The notes under the pieces: generated by a model
Told to the model about the DNA's origin: nothing
What the model saw: only the letters and a program-made list of their open reading frames with translations
Databases searched by the model: none
IMG/VR virus record: IMGVR_UViG_3300045988_155968
Coordinates: 1 to 40,361 of that record
Source of the DNA: a virus
DNA: 40,361 bases
Direction: 5' to 3' (one strand)
Made by a program: the position numbers and the translations under genes
Shown here: one piece after another, positions 17,810-25,528 of the stretch
How positions within the stretch are numbered: the first letter of the stretch is position 1
Layout: each line of letters starts with the position of its first letter

Positions 17810-20146
17810 ATGGCTGACAAGAGAATTTTCCAACTGGAAGAAGAAGGCTTTCTCGACGACATCACCGACAAGGTGTACATGTGGCTCGACAAGAAGGCAA
17901 ACGAGGGCGAGTTTCAGGAGCCGTCGTGGAAGTTCAAAGCGAACGTGTTCTTGAAAATCTTGAACAACTTTGCGACGAAGTTCGTTCCTAACGTCTTGAC
18001 CGTAGAGGGCAAGTGCTACTGGCACGATGGAGAGCTTTTCACGTGCGATGTTGCATACACAGGCGACTGGAACCCGGCGAACTTCACGGCTACCAGCATC
18101 GACGCGCTGTTCGCACGAAAGGACTTTGTTGAAGCTCTTCAATCTGACATTCAAAATATCGAAGGAAATTTTGACGAGGTTCCTAGCATATCGTTCAGGT
18201 CTGTTGTCGATAATTTAGAAGGACTGACTACACGAGAGTTCAAAAATACTGACGGACAGATTGAAATCTTGTCGAACCGATACATTGCAAGTGACGGCTC
18301 TCTTGTAGAGGAGAACAACAGCTCCGTCTCGGATTACATACCAATTTCCGGCGGAATAAGCGACATCGAGTTCTGCAATAGAGACATCGATGGAAGACTT
18401 GGCGTGGCGTTCTATGATATGGACAAACATTTCATATCGGGCGTAAGCGCTGGAAATACAGGAACGGCGATAGCAAGTATGTGGTACTACTCTGACGTTA
18501 TACCGACAATACCTTACAACGCGATGTATATGCGTGTTGCCGGAAATTCGCGTTTAGGACATTCCATAAAATTTACGTGCGAAGAAAAAATAGTACCTCA
18601 ACCGGGCGTAGATTACGTGATTGCAGAAGAAATAAGCCGAAATACGTTAATGTCTGTTGAAGGCATCGTAGACAACGAAGTGGAGTATTCTGCGGTAGAA
18701 TTGAACAACTATGCAATAGGCACGGATGGTTCCTCGGTATCATCCGGCAACAGTTCGATTTCTGACTACATTAAGATTACTGGACCTATTCACGAAATAA
18801 CCTATTGCAATCATACGGGGAACTCTCTCGGTGTTGCTTTCTACGACATCAATAAGAATTTTATATCCGGCGTGGACGCCGGAGCTACTGGTACACTAAT
18901 TCAGTATAGCTGGTATTATTCAAACGTAGTTCCTCAAATTCCGGAAGGTGCCGTCTATATGCGTATTGCGGGTAATAGAGCTCTAGGGCATACTCTTTAC
19001 TTAAAGATAGTGCAATTTTCTGTAGAATCCGCGAAAGCGGTTCGACCGGACGTAGGTTACGAATTTTTCTCGTATAACGTAGATTGCAGCGTTGACGACA
19101 CGGACGATTCTTTGAAGACAACTAGCTTGCAGGAAGAACCAGTAATATCGACAGACAACGGCCTTATAATGCTCCCGAGCGGCTACTCCGCAAACGGGAA
19201 GCCCTGTCAACTTGTCGCATTCAATCACGGCGCTGGCGGTACTGTTACTGCGAATAGTGCAAGCGGGTGGACGTCTTCTTCGATCAAGCTCTTGTTGAAA
19301 CGCGGCTACGCTGTTCTCTTTGTCAACGGAATACCGCAAGCGTTCCGCAATACGAAGTATTGCAACGGTGCGCAAACCGGAGCAGCCGCGCACATGGCAG
19401 GCATTATATTCTTGAGGTCGTTCAAAAAGGCGTATGATTATGTCGTAGGCAAGTACAACGTCACGAGAGAAATAGTGGCTCTCGGAGAAAGCATGGGCGG
19501 ACTAGCCGCATTGAATATAGCCTTGAGCGGAATTGTACCCGTGAGAGCCATAGCGATGGATGCACCGATAATCGACTTGTATCGTGACGCTTACTTTTCT
19601 GGCGGATGGTCTTCTGGTACATTGGGTGCAGGGACTTTCGGCATCATTGCATGGATGTATCAGTTCCGGGGCTGCGACTTTGTAAACGACACATACACGA
19701 TTGACGGAACGACACGAAGCATGGCGGACTTGCCGTCATACCCGGAAGATTGTGAAGCACTGTGGGAGTTGAACAAGGATAGAGTAGCAGCGTTTAACGC
19801 ATATTTGACGTCCAACGCACTTGTCAAAAACTTGGACAACGAATACGTCTATGACAAAAATTCAGATAATTGCCCGGATTACTACGCCAAGGCTTTAAGA
19901 TGTCCGTGCAAGATTTGGTTCGGTACTGACGACAACGTGAACAAGTTGTTCATCGCTAAAAATTTCGTGTCGCTTCTCCGTAACGCAGGGACTCCGGTTT
20001 GGCTCCGAGAGATACCGACATCGACTCATGGCGTGTGGAATATGACAACTACCTCCGTCGGCGTAGATTGTTCTATTGTAGAGGATGGCCTTACGTGCGG
20101 AGTATGCGGCGTTGAACTTAGTAATTGGCTCGACAGTATAGTATAA
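17810..20146 (+). CDS. Tail protein with an internally duplicated domain of about 140 aa and a C-terminal alpha/beta-hydrolase (esterase/lipase-like) domain.
   Basis: An HGAGG oxyanion-hole-like motif and a GESMG nucleophile elbow (GxSxG) lie in the C-terminal third. Two paralogous segments (SDGSLVEENNSSVSDYIPISG... and TDGSSVSSGNSSISDYIKITG...) sit in the middle. The gene lies in a lower-GC region. Confidence 0.55.
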   Translation: MADKRIFQLEEEGFLDDITDKVYMWLDKKANEGEFQEPSWKFKANVFLKILNNFATKFVPNVLTVEGKCYWHDGELFTCDVAYTGDWNPANFTATSIDALFARKDFVEALQSDIQNIEGNFDEVPSISFRSVVDNLEGLTTREFKNTDGQIEILSNRYIASDGSLVEENNSSVSDYIPISGGISDIEFCNRDIDGRLGVAFYDMDKHFISGVSAGNTGTAIASMWYYSDVIPTIPYNAMYMRVAGNSRLGHSIKFTCEEKIVPQPGVDYVIAEEISRNTLMSVEGIVDNEVEYSAVELNNYAIGTDGSSVSSGNSSISDYIKITGPIHEITYCNHTGNSLGVAFYDINKNFISGVDAGATGTLIQYSWYYSNVVPQIPEGAVYMRIAGNRALGHTLYLKIVQFSVESAKAVRPDVGYEFFSYNVDCSVDDTDDSLKTTSLQEEPVISTDNGLIMLPSGYSANGKPCQLVAFNHGAGGTVTANSASGWTSSSIKLLLKRGYAVLFVNGIPQAFRNTKYCNGAQTGAAAHMAGIIFLRSFKKAYDYVVGKYNVTREIVALGESMGGLAALNIALSGIVPVRAIAMDAPIIDLYRDAYFSGGWSSGTLGAGTFGIIAWMYQFRGCDFVNDTYTIDGTTRSMADLPSYPEDCEALWELNKDRVAAFNAYLTSNALVKNLDNEYVYDKNSDNCPDYYAKALRCPCKIWFGTDDNVNKLFIAKNFVSLLRNAGTPVWLREIPTSTHGVWNMTTTSVGVDCSIVEDGLTCGVCGVELSNWLDSIV

Positions 20147-20164
20147 AAAAAGGAGAAATAGATT

Positions 20165-20254
20165 ATGCACCACATCAAGGTAATCAAGGACGGAAACGTC
20201 AACAAGGTAGTCAAGGAACAGCTCGTTGACGGCGTGCAGTACGTGGACAACTAA
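20165..20254 (+). CDS. Small ORF, 29 aa.
   Basis: It has a strong RBS, AAGGAGAAATAGATT-ATG. It is short, so only possibly real. Confidence 0.25.
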   Translation: MHHIKVIKDGNVNKVVKEQLVDGVQYVDN

Positions 20255-20314
20255 CCGCGCGAAGGCAGTCTAAACAGCATCACTTCCGGCGCGGTAGCAA
20301 ATGTCGCTGCTTAT

Positions 20315-20500
20315 GTGGGTGTAGAGTATAGCGAAAATGCGGACTATACGCCGAATGTTGTTGTGTGGCATGAAGGATTGGCGTATGTATGTATTGCGAA
20401 TACTTCAGGTGCCTGGGATTCTACAAAATGGACTGCGGTGACTGTATCTACAATATTTGACATGATTGGCGATGTTGAATCGTTGTTGGCGGCGTTGTAA
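20315..20500 (+). CDS. Small hypothetical protein, 61 aa.
   Basis: ORF between the tail genes with a GTG start. It may be a remnant or a small tail-associated protein. Confidence 0.25.
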   Translation: MGVEYSENADYTPNVVVWHEGLAYVCIANTSGAWDSTKWTAVTVSTIFDMIGDVESLLAAL

Positions 20501-20513
20501 GGAGATTTTGAAA

Positions 20514-21425
20514 ATGACTATTGCTAGTGAAATTACGCGCTTGCAGGGCGTAAAATCGAACATTCTTGACGCCATTGCTGCAAAGGGCGTTTCTGTGCCG
20601 AGCGGTGCAAAGCTTGCCGATTGCCCGGAGCTGATTTCTTTGATTAGCGGTGGCGGCGGTTTTGAGGCTGACAATGTTGTAAATATTGTACCGATTGACA
20701 AAATGGTTGTCGTTGACGCCAATGGCTATATCGGTTTTGACCTGACGAACTATTTTCAGACTCGCGGTGCGACTTTCTATTACAACTATGCGATTTTGTC
20801 CGCTGGTGACAACTTTTCGGACAAGGGGCTTGGACAAGTTACATTCTTTACTCCGGCGGGCAATACTATCGGTGGGCGCACTTACCGATCTGTTATCATC
20901 GGAGGCAAAGAATGGCTTGCCGAAAATCTTGATTTTAAGTTCAGTGGCTTGGCTTTCGGCCAAAGTGAAACGTCTAGCAGCGAACCTCGTGGAAATTACT
21001 ACCAGAATAACTCTTCGTCGTATGGCAAATATGGCATCCTATACAACTGGATCGCAGTCAAGTATCTCGAAGACAACAAGTCCTCTTTGATTCCTGGCTG
21101 GCATGTTCCGACAACCGCTGAATGGGATGCGCTTGCCACGGCTGTTGGCGGTACATCCGTTGCAGGTACAAAGCTCAAGTCCACAACGGACTGGTCATCT
21201 GGTGCCGGTACTGACGATTACGGTTTTTCCGCGCTCCCTGCGGGCTACTACAATGGCAGTTTCCGCACTCTTGGCTCCTACGCTTACTTTTGGACGGCCT
21301 CAGAGTACGATAGTAGTTACGCGTACAACCGGAACTTGAATACAGGCGCAAGTATGAATTCGAGCGACAACTACAAGAACTACCAGTACTCGGTTCGTCT
21401 CGTCAAGGATTCCCCGTCCGCATAG
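20514..21425 (+). CDS. Putative receptor-binding or tail fiber protein with a C-terminal Fibrobacter-succinogenes-major-paralogous-type (TIGR02145) domain.
   Basis: Motifs KEWLAENL, GILYNW, GWHVPTTAEW, AGTKLKSTTDWS, GFSALPAGY, YFWTASEY and SVRLVKD match the hallmark pattern of the TIGR02145 (Fib_succ_major) domain. It has an RBS (AAGGAGA) and is the last gene of the tail block. Confidence 0.6.
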   Translation: MTIASEITRLQGVKSNILDAIAAKGVSVPSGAKLADCPELISLISGGGGFEADNVVNIVPIDKMVVVDANGYIGFDLTNYFQTRGATFYYNYAILSAGDNFSDKGLGQVTFFTPAGNTIGGRTYRSVIIGGKEWLAENLDFKFSGLAFGQSETSSSEPRGNYYQNNSSSYGKYGILYNWIAVKYLEDNKSSLIPGWHVPTTAEWDALATAVGGTSVAGTKLKSTTDWSSGAGTDDYGFSALPAGYYNGSFRTLGSYAYFWTASEYDSSYAYNRNLNTGASMNSSDNYKNYQYSVRLVKDSPSA

Positions 21426-21446
21426 GCGTAAGCCTTGGCGGACCCG

Positions 21447-21490
21447 CCCCTAGCGGCTAAAGCCGCAAGGGGCAACATTATTGTTTTTGG
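21447..21490 (+). terminator. Rho-independent terminator after the tail genes.
   Basis: Hairpin CCCCT-A-GCGGC-TAAA-GCCGC-A-AGGGG followed by TTATTGTTTTTGG. Confidence 0.55.
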
Positions 21491-21686
21491 TAAACATCAG
21501 CTTACGGCGGACCCGTCTGTAAAGGCGCTGCTGCACTACTTGGGCGAAGGAACGCTTATCATAATGCCACTCCCGGATTAGACGAGTTCTTGAACACTCG
21601 CGGGAACGACAGGTACGGAGTATCACGAAAACGGCCAATTATGAGAAAAGGCAAGCTACATTTCTTGAAATGGCTGGAGAGTAATC

Positions 21687-21929
21687 ATGGTTAATCAACA
21701 TTCGGAGTGGCGTAAATTTTTGCAACCTGTTATTACAGGTCTCGGTGCATTATTGGCAGCGGGAGCAATTGCATTGCAACAGTCTGCCTCCGGTAATTTT
21801 GAGTCAAGGCTTTCCGTTGTCGAGAACAAGGTCGGAGGCATAGACGAATTACGCCGTGACGTTACCGAACTATCCAAGAACGTCTATACGTTGATAGGCG
21901 AAATCCGTGCCGAGCGGAGGATACACTGA
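21687..21929 (+). CDS. Small membrane protein, 80 aa (N-terminal TM plus coiled coil), a possible holin or spanin-like or moron protein.
   Basis: It has an RBS (GGAGAG), a hydrophobic segment ITGLGALLAAGAIAL, and is followed by an overlapping 19-aa TM micro-ORF (21929..21988). Confidence 0.35.
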   Translation: MVNQHSEWRKFLQPVITGLGALLAAGAIALQQSASGNFESRLSVVENKVGGIDELRRDVTELSKNVYTLIGEIRAERRIH

Positions 21930-21984
21930 TGTGGACGATGCTCCTGTTCGCGATCGTCGGCGTGCTAATCGACGAGGGCGTGAT

Positions 21985-22374
21985 ATGATTCTCTCGATTC
22001 CATACGAGACGCCGAGTAAGAAGAACTCCCGCGTGATTAACCGTCGCACGGGTCGTTCGTTCCCAAGCAAGGCGTACCGTGAATGGCACGAGAACGCGTC
22101 CCTGTGGCTAAAGTATCATTACAACCTCGCTCCGCAGGGAGACGGGCCGTTCATGCTCCGCATACGCTTCTATCACGGGACTAATGCGAGGTGCGATTCC
22201 GACAACAAGGTATCTTCGATTCTCGACCTTCTCGTCGATCTTGGAGTGCTCCCGGACGACCGATGGCAAGTCGTGCGGAACATAAACGTGAGCAACTTCT
22301 ACGAAAAAGGGCATCCATCCGTACAGATTGGAATTTTCCCGTTGACGGACACGGATAAATTGAGTATATTGTAG
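21985..22374 (+). CDS. rusA: RusA-family Holliday junction resolvase, 129 aa.
   Basis: The N-terminus ILSIPYETPSKKNSR...RRTGRSFPSKAYREW resembles the RusA opening, and acidic motifs RCDSDN and DDRWQV match RusA catalytic Asp clusters. It has an RBS (GAGGG). Confidence 0.65.
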   Translation: MILSIPYETPSKKNSRVINRRTGRSFPSKAYREWHENASLWLKYHYNLAPQGDGPFMLRIRFYHGTNARCDSDNKVSSILDLLVDLGVLPDDRWQVVRNINVSNFYEKGHPSVQIGIFPLTDTDKLSIL

Positions 22375-22448
22375 TAAACGCATGGGTTATCCCGTCGTTT
22401 AGTGTTGCGGGGATGGCCGAGAGGCCATCCCTATTTTTCATCCTCCTT

Positions 22449-22469
22449 ATGTGTGCCTTTCGTGTGCCA
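22449..22469 (+). repeat. 21-bp direct repeat ATGTGTGCCTTTCGTGTGCCA, copy 1, a candidate integrase arm-type site in attP.
   Basis: It is near-identical (20/21) to 22679..22699, and the two copies bracket the tRNA-Met. Confidence 0.5.
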
Positions 22470-22483
22470 CCACGTCCGAAAGC

Positions 22484-22557
22484 GGGGTTTTAGCTCAATC
22501 GGTTAGAGCGTCGGACTCATAACCCGTTGGTTCCCGGTTCAAGTCCGGGAGGCCCCA
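22484..22557 (+). tRNA. tRNA-Met (anticodon CAU), an initiator-like anticodon arm with two mismatches, lying inside the putative attP.
   Basis: Manual cloverleaf: acceptor GGGGTTT/AGGCCCC (two G-U pairs), D-arm GCTC-AATCGGTTA-GAGC, anticodon loop CTCATAA, T-arm CCCGG-TTCAAGT-CCGGG, discriminator A. The anticodon stem has only 3 clean pairs. Confidence 0.65.
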
Positions 22558-22560
22558 TTT

Positions 22561-22594
22561 ATAGCCGCTTCCGCTTCGGATGCGGCTATTTTGC
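22561..22594 (+). terminator. Strong hairpin plus T-run immediately after the tRNA.
   Basis: ATAGCCGCTTCCG-CTT-CGGATGCGGCTAT followed by TTTG. Confidence 0.5.
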
Positions 22595-22678
22595 TACATT
22601 CCGGCTTATTTTTATCTTTTCCACACCGAATTATCTGTTATCATGTATTATTATTTTCTATCTTGAAAAATCAAGTGT

Positions 22679-22699
22679 ATGTGTGCCTTTTGTGTGCCA
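22679..22699 (+). repeat. 21-bp direct repeat, copy 2 (ATGTGTGCCTTTTGTGTGCCA), immediately upstream of the integrase RBS.
   Basis: See copy 1. Confidence 0.5.
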
Positions 22700-22711
22700 G
22701 GAGATATACCA

Positions 22712-23743
22712 ATGAAGAACTACTCTATAAGCCAGCGCAAGAAGTCACGAGGGAACCTTACGTGGTACGGACGGACCTTCGAGAACGGAGTGCTGCTGTC
22801 GGAGATTTCACTGAAAACCGAACGGAAGGCCGACGCGAAGGCGTGGCTCGACGCGATGAACGCGTCGAGGTTCATGCCGGAGAACATGTTCCGCCTTCCG
22901 GGAACGGAAAAGGACATGGCAGTAAAGGACGCGGTGCGCTCGTTCATGGACTCCGTGTCGGCTTCCAACGGGACGGATTCGAACACCTACAGGGCGTACT
23001 CGTACAGGATAGCCCACTGGGCCCGTTTCTGCGAACGGAACGGGGTATCCACACTCGTTTCTTTCACGAGGGATATTGCGACAAGGTACGTGTCCGAAAC
23101 GGCCTCCACGCACGCCCCTAAGACCATGAGGGAGATGGTCAGACTCCTTCGCCAGTTCTTTGCGTGGTGCGCCGAGACCTATTCCATCGAAGGATACGAC
23201 CCGATGAAGACGGTGAAGTCTCCGAAGCTGGAGAAGCGCGAGAAGGCGTTCTGGACTCCGGCACAGATAGACGCCATTCTCGACAACGCGCCCACGCCGG
23301 AGTTCCGACTGTTCTGGGCTTTGATGGCGTTCGCTGGCCTACGGCACACGGAGGCGTGCTCGTTCGGCCCTTCATCGATCGTAGGCAAGGAGATAAGGGT
23401 AGTCGGCAAGGGTAACAAGGAAGCCTTTCTCCCCATAGGAAAAAGGCTCGAAAAGGAAATATCGGAAGTGAAAATCTACGACGGTATGTTTTCGACGCAG
23501 AGGTACAGGAAGTCGGAGCGTTGCATAGACACGCTAAAGAAGGCGGTGTCGGAAGCGGGTCTGCCGAGCGAGGACGCGACCAACCACAAGTTCCGTCACA
23601 GCTTCATATCGAATCTTCTCCGAAGCGGCGTGACCGTTCCGGCGACAGCGCGTCTAGCCCGTCACGAGGACCCGAAGGTGACGATGGAGACGTACTCGCA
23701 TCTGCTCCAGGAGGACTTGCAGGAGTCGATAGACGTTCTTTGA
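22712..23743 (+). CDS. int: Tyrosine integrase (phage integrase family).
   Basis: Box I AFAGLRHTEA (Arg), box II HKFRHSFISNLLRSG (H-x-x-R) and the catalytic Tyr in METYSHL are present, with an N-terminal core-binding-like domain. It has an RBS (AGGAGA). Confidence 0.9.
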   Translation: MKNYSISQRKKSRGNLTWYGRTFENGVLLSEISLKTERKADAKAWLDAMNASRFMPENMFRLPGTEKDMAVKDAVRSFMDSVSASNGTDSNTYRAYSYRIAHWARFCERNGVSTLVSFTRDIATRYVSETASTHAPKTMREMVRLLRQFFAWCAETYSIEGYDPMKTVKSPKLEKREKAFWTPAQIDAILDNAPTPEFRLFWALMAFAGLRHTEACSFGPSSIVGKEIRVVGKGNKEAFLPIGKRLEKEISEVKIYDGMFSTQRYRKSERCIDTLKKAVSEAGLPSEDATNHKFRHSFISNLLRSGVTVPATARLARHEDPKVTMETYSHLLQEDLQESIDVL

Positions 23744-23903
23744 GCTGCTTGACTTCGAGCATGAGGGTCCTCTTGTCTGCTAGGAGCTTCTTCCTGTCGT
23801 TGACGAGTTCGCGCACGGCGTCCATCACCACGGACTCTTCGAGGAGGGCTACGGGGTATCCGTAGAAGTTGATTACCTTTGAGTGTAGTTCTTCGTACAG
23901 CAT
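23604..23903 (-). CDS. Hypothetical protein, 99 aa, convergent with and overlapping the int 3' end.
   Basis: ORF only. The 140-nt overlap with int makes it uncertain, though it could be an excisionase-like or regulatory gene. Confidence 0.25.
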   Translation of the reverse strand: MLYEELHSKVINFYGYPVALLEESVVMDAVRELVNDRKKLLADKRTLMLEVKQLKERLSTPASPPGADASTSPSSPSGPRDGLDALSPERSRRFGEDSI

Positions 23904-23977
23904 TACTCTTCCTTCTTCTCGCCCGACTTAATCATGTCGAACCACTTGCGTTTCAGCGACAAAGTAAGCGTTTTCAT
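23903..23977 (-). CDS. 24-aa ORF with a strong RBS (AAAGGAGGCAAA-ATG) whose sequence, MKTLTLSLKRKWFDMIKSGEKKEE, looks like the N-terminus of a longer ASCH-like protein, so it is a possible truncated or frameshifted gene.
   Basis: It stops at TAA and is immediately followed (TAATG) by the 23604..23903 ORF in another frame. Confidence 0.25.
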   Translation of the reverse strand: MKTLTLSLKRKWFDMIKSGEKKEE

Positions 23978-24035
23978 TTTGCCTCCTTTGCTAAAGTCTA
24001 ACCACGCACATCCGCAGATATGCGGGTGTTAGGCT

Positions 24036-24305
24036 CTAGCCGTTGTCAATCAAGTCCTTGATACGTTCACCGAGAACATCGACGTATTCCTGCATCGCCT
24101 TCGCCTGCTTGCGCCACAATTCCTTGTGGTGTGCGCTCACGGCTTCGGGATTAGCTTCGATAGACTTCTTGAGCTTTTCGAGCATCTGGCAAGTCGTGTT
24201 GCGTTCGATGGCGAGCTCGCAGACTACCTCGGAGTTCGAGCGTACTCTGCGACGTTCGCAGCAGTCAGAAATAGGTCTTAACAAGTTTTCATTTGCTTGT
24301 TCCAT
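24036..24305 (-). CDS. Hypothetical early protein, 89 aa.
   Basis: ORF with an RBS (AAAGGAAACAAA-ATG). Confidence 0.45.
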   Translation of the reverse strand: MEQANENLLRPISDCCERRRVRSNSEVVCELAIERNTTCQMLEKLKKSIEANPEAVSAHHKELWRKQAKAMQEYVDVLGERIKDLIDNG

Positions 24306-24320
24306 TTTGTTTCCTTTGCC

Positions 24321-24734
24321 CTACTGGGCGGTTGAGTTGTTTGGTTTGAAGTTCTCGGCGATAGCATCCCAACGCCAACGCCAACGTTCCCAATATTTCA
24401 TTTCTTTGCTCATGTACTCCCAAGATGCCCCGCATCCGTTCACCTTTGCATCTTCCTCGTCATACCTTGCGTTGCACATTTCGGTCATCGCCAAGCACCG
24501 CTTGTATTTCTGATGATTCATCTTCTTTAGGAGCGTTCTTGCAGCTCTTTTGGCTTGCTCATCACTAATTGCAAGATTATCGCAATCTATTCTATATGAT
24601 TCGCATAGTTTTTCAAGCCTTTGAATATCTTTGTCCTTATCCGCAATCACCTTGTCGGCTTCCGACTTGAGGTAGTAATCGGCTAACCCTTTTCCATCCG
24701 GTGTTGGGGCTATGTACGCTTTCAGTTCGCTCAT
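24321..24734 (-). CDS. Hypothetical early protein, 137 aa, with a Trp-rich C-terminus.
   Basis: RBS (AAGGAG) and an ATGA overlap with the upstream gene. Confidence 0.45.
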   Translation of the reverse strand: MSELKAYIAPTPDGKGLADYYLKSEADKVIADKDKDIQRLEKLCESYRIDCDNLAISDEQAKRAARTLLKKMNHQKYKRCLAMTEMCNARYDEEDAKVNGCGASWEYMSKEMKYWERWRWRWDAIAENFKPNNSTAQ

Positions 24735-25039
24735 TCGTACTCCTTAGCCTTGGCTAAAGTTTTTTGGACTACCTTGTCCCATTTGTTAGCTTCATCATAT
24801 TCGCTCAACGTAAGATGCCATTGCGCTACAGCGCAAGCCCTTTCGTGCCTCGCCAGCCACAGCGCACGCATTAGACTACGTTCGCGCATCCCCGCGTCCA
24901 CGCTCTCTGTGTACGCCGTGGCCTGCACGGTCTCCAGCTTCGCCTTGAGTTCCGCGATGGCGTCGTCAACGTCGCGAATTTGATAATACGGCTCGCCTGA
25001 ACGGTAATCGTGTTTTATTTTCAATTCGTCACACTTCAT
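24731..25039 (-). CDS. Hypothetical early protein, about 102 aa from the internal start MKCDELKIK (the ORF extends to 25135).
   Basis: The start at 25039 overlaps the TGA of the upstream small gene (ATGA), with an RBS (GGAAGGAAAAAG) upstream. Confidence 0.4.
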   Translation of the reverse strand: MKCDELKIKHDYRSGEPYYQIRDVDDAIAELKAKLETVQATAYTESVDAGMRERSLMRALWLARHERACAVAQWHLTLSEYDEANKWDKVVQKTLAKAKEYE

Positions 25040-25176
25040 TTTACTTTTTCCTTCCTTTTGGTTTCCGTTTTGGGCTTTGACGGCTTGAATCCGTTGAGCC
25101 ATTTGGCCATCTGCGATTTGCGTTTCTGTAACCATCGGTTACGCACCGCTTGCATGTCTGCACCTGCGCTGCTCAT
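25036..25176 (-). CDS. Small basic protein, about 46 aa (MSSAGADMQ...KEKVK).
   Basis: Its ATG overlaps the TGA of the zinc-ribbon ORF, so it belongs to the ATGA-coupled chain. Confidence 0.3.
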   Translation of the reverse strand: MSSAGADMQAVRNRWLQKRKSQMAKWLNGFKPSKPKTETKRKEKVK

Positions 25177-25304
25177 GCTTTGACCTCCGTTATTTTCTGT
25201 CTGAACCCGTCCGCGCAGTTTTCGCAGAGGGGGACGAATCCACGCATCCATCTCATGCGGTACTCCTTGCAGGGCTTCTTTCGTCTGCACCACCAGCAAT
25301 TCAT
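25173..25304 (-). CDS. Small zinc-ribbon-like protein, 43 aa (MNCWWCRRKKPCKEYRMRWMRGFVPLCENCADGFRQKITEVKA), not in the supplied ORF track.
   Basis: It has a CxxC...CxxC arrangement, an RBS (AAAGGAGAA), and a TAATG overlap with the upstream gene. Confidence 0.35.
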   Translation of the reverse strand: MNCWWCRRKKPCKEYRMRWMRGFVPLCENCADGFRQKITEVKA

Positions 25305-25528
25305 TACATTTCTCCTTTTGTCTTGGCTTTCCAGAAGGCTACATCGTCTTCGAGCTGGGCAATTCTAGCGTTCATCTTTGCGATGTGTACCGTGTGCTCG
25401 GTGTCACGGCGTTTCAGTTCCGCGATCTCTCGCTTGAGGGACTCGTACTCCTCAAGCGGGATTTCGCACGTCATGACGGGCGGGTGCGTGGCGTTAGGGT
25501 GTAATGGGTAGTGCTTCTCGTTGCTCAT
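25304..25528 (-). CDS. Hypothetical coiled-coil protein, about 74 aa, from the start at MSNEKHYP.
   Basis: RBS (AAAGGAGA) and an ATGA overlap with the upstream basic protein gene. Confidence 0.4.
   Translation of the reverse strand: MSNEKHYPLHPNATHPPVMTCEIPLEEYESLKREIAELKRRDTEHTVHIAKMNARIAQLEDDVAFWKAKTKGEM

Noticed and set aside
16619-18154. 511-aa minus-strand ORF across the tail fiber genes.
   Set aside because: It is antisense to two tightly coupled + strand tail genes and has no RBS.
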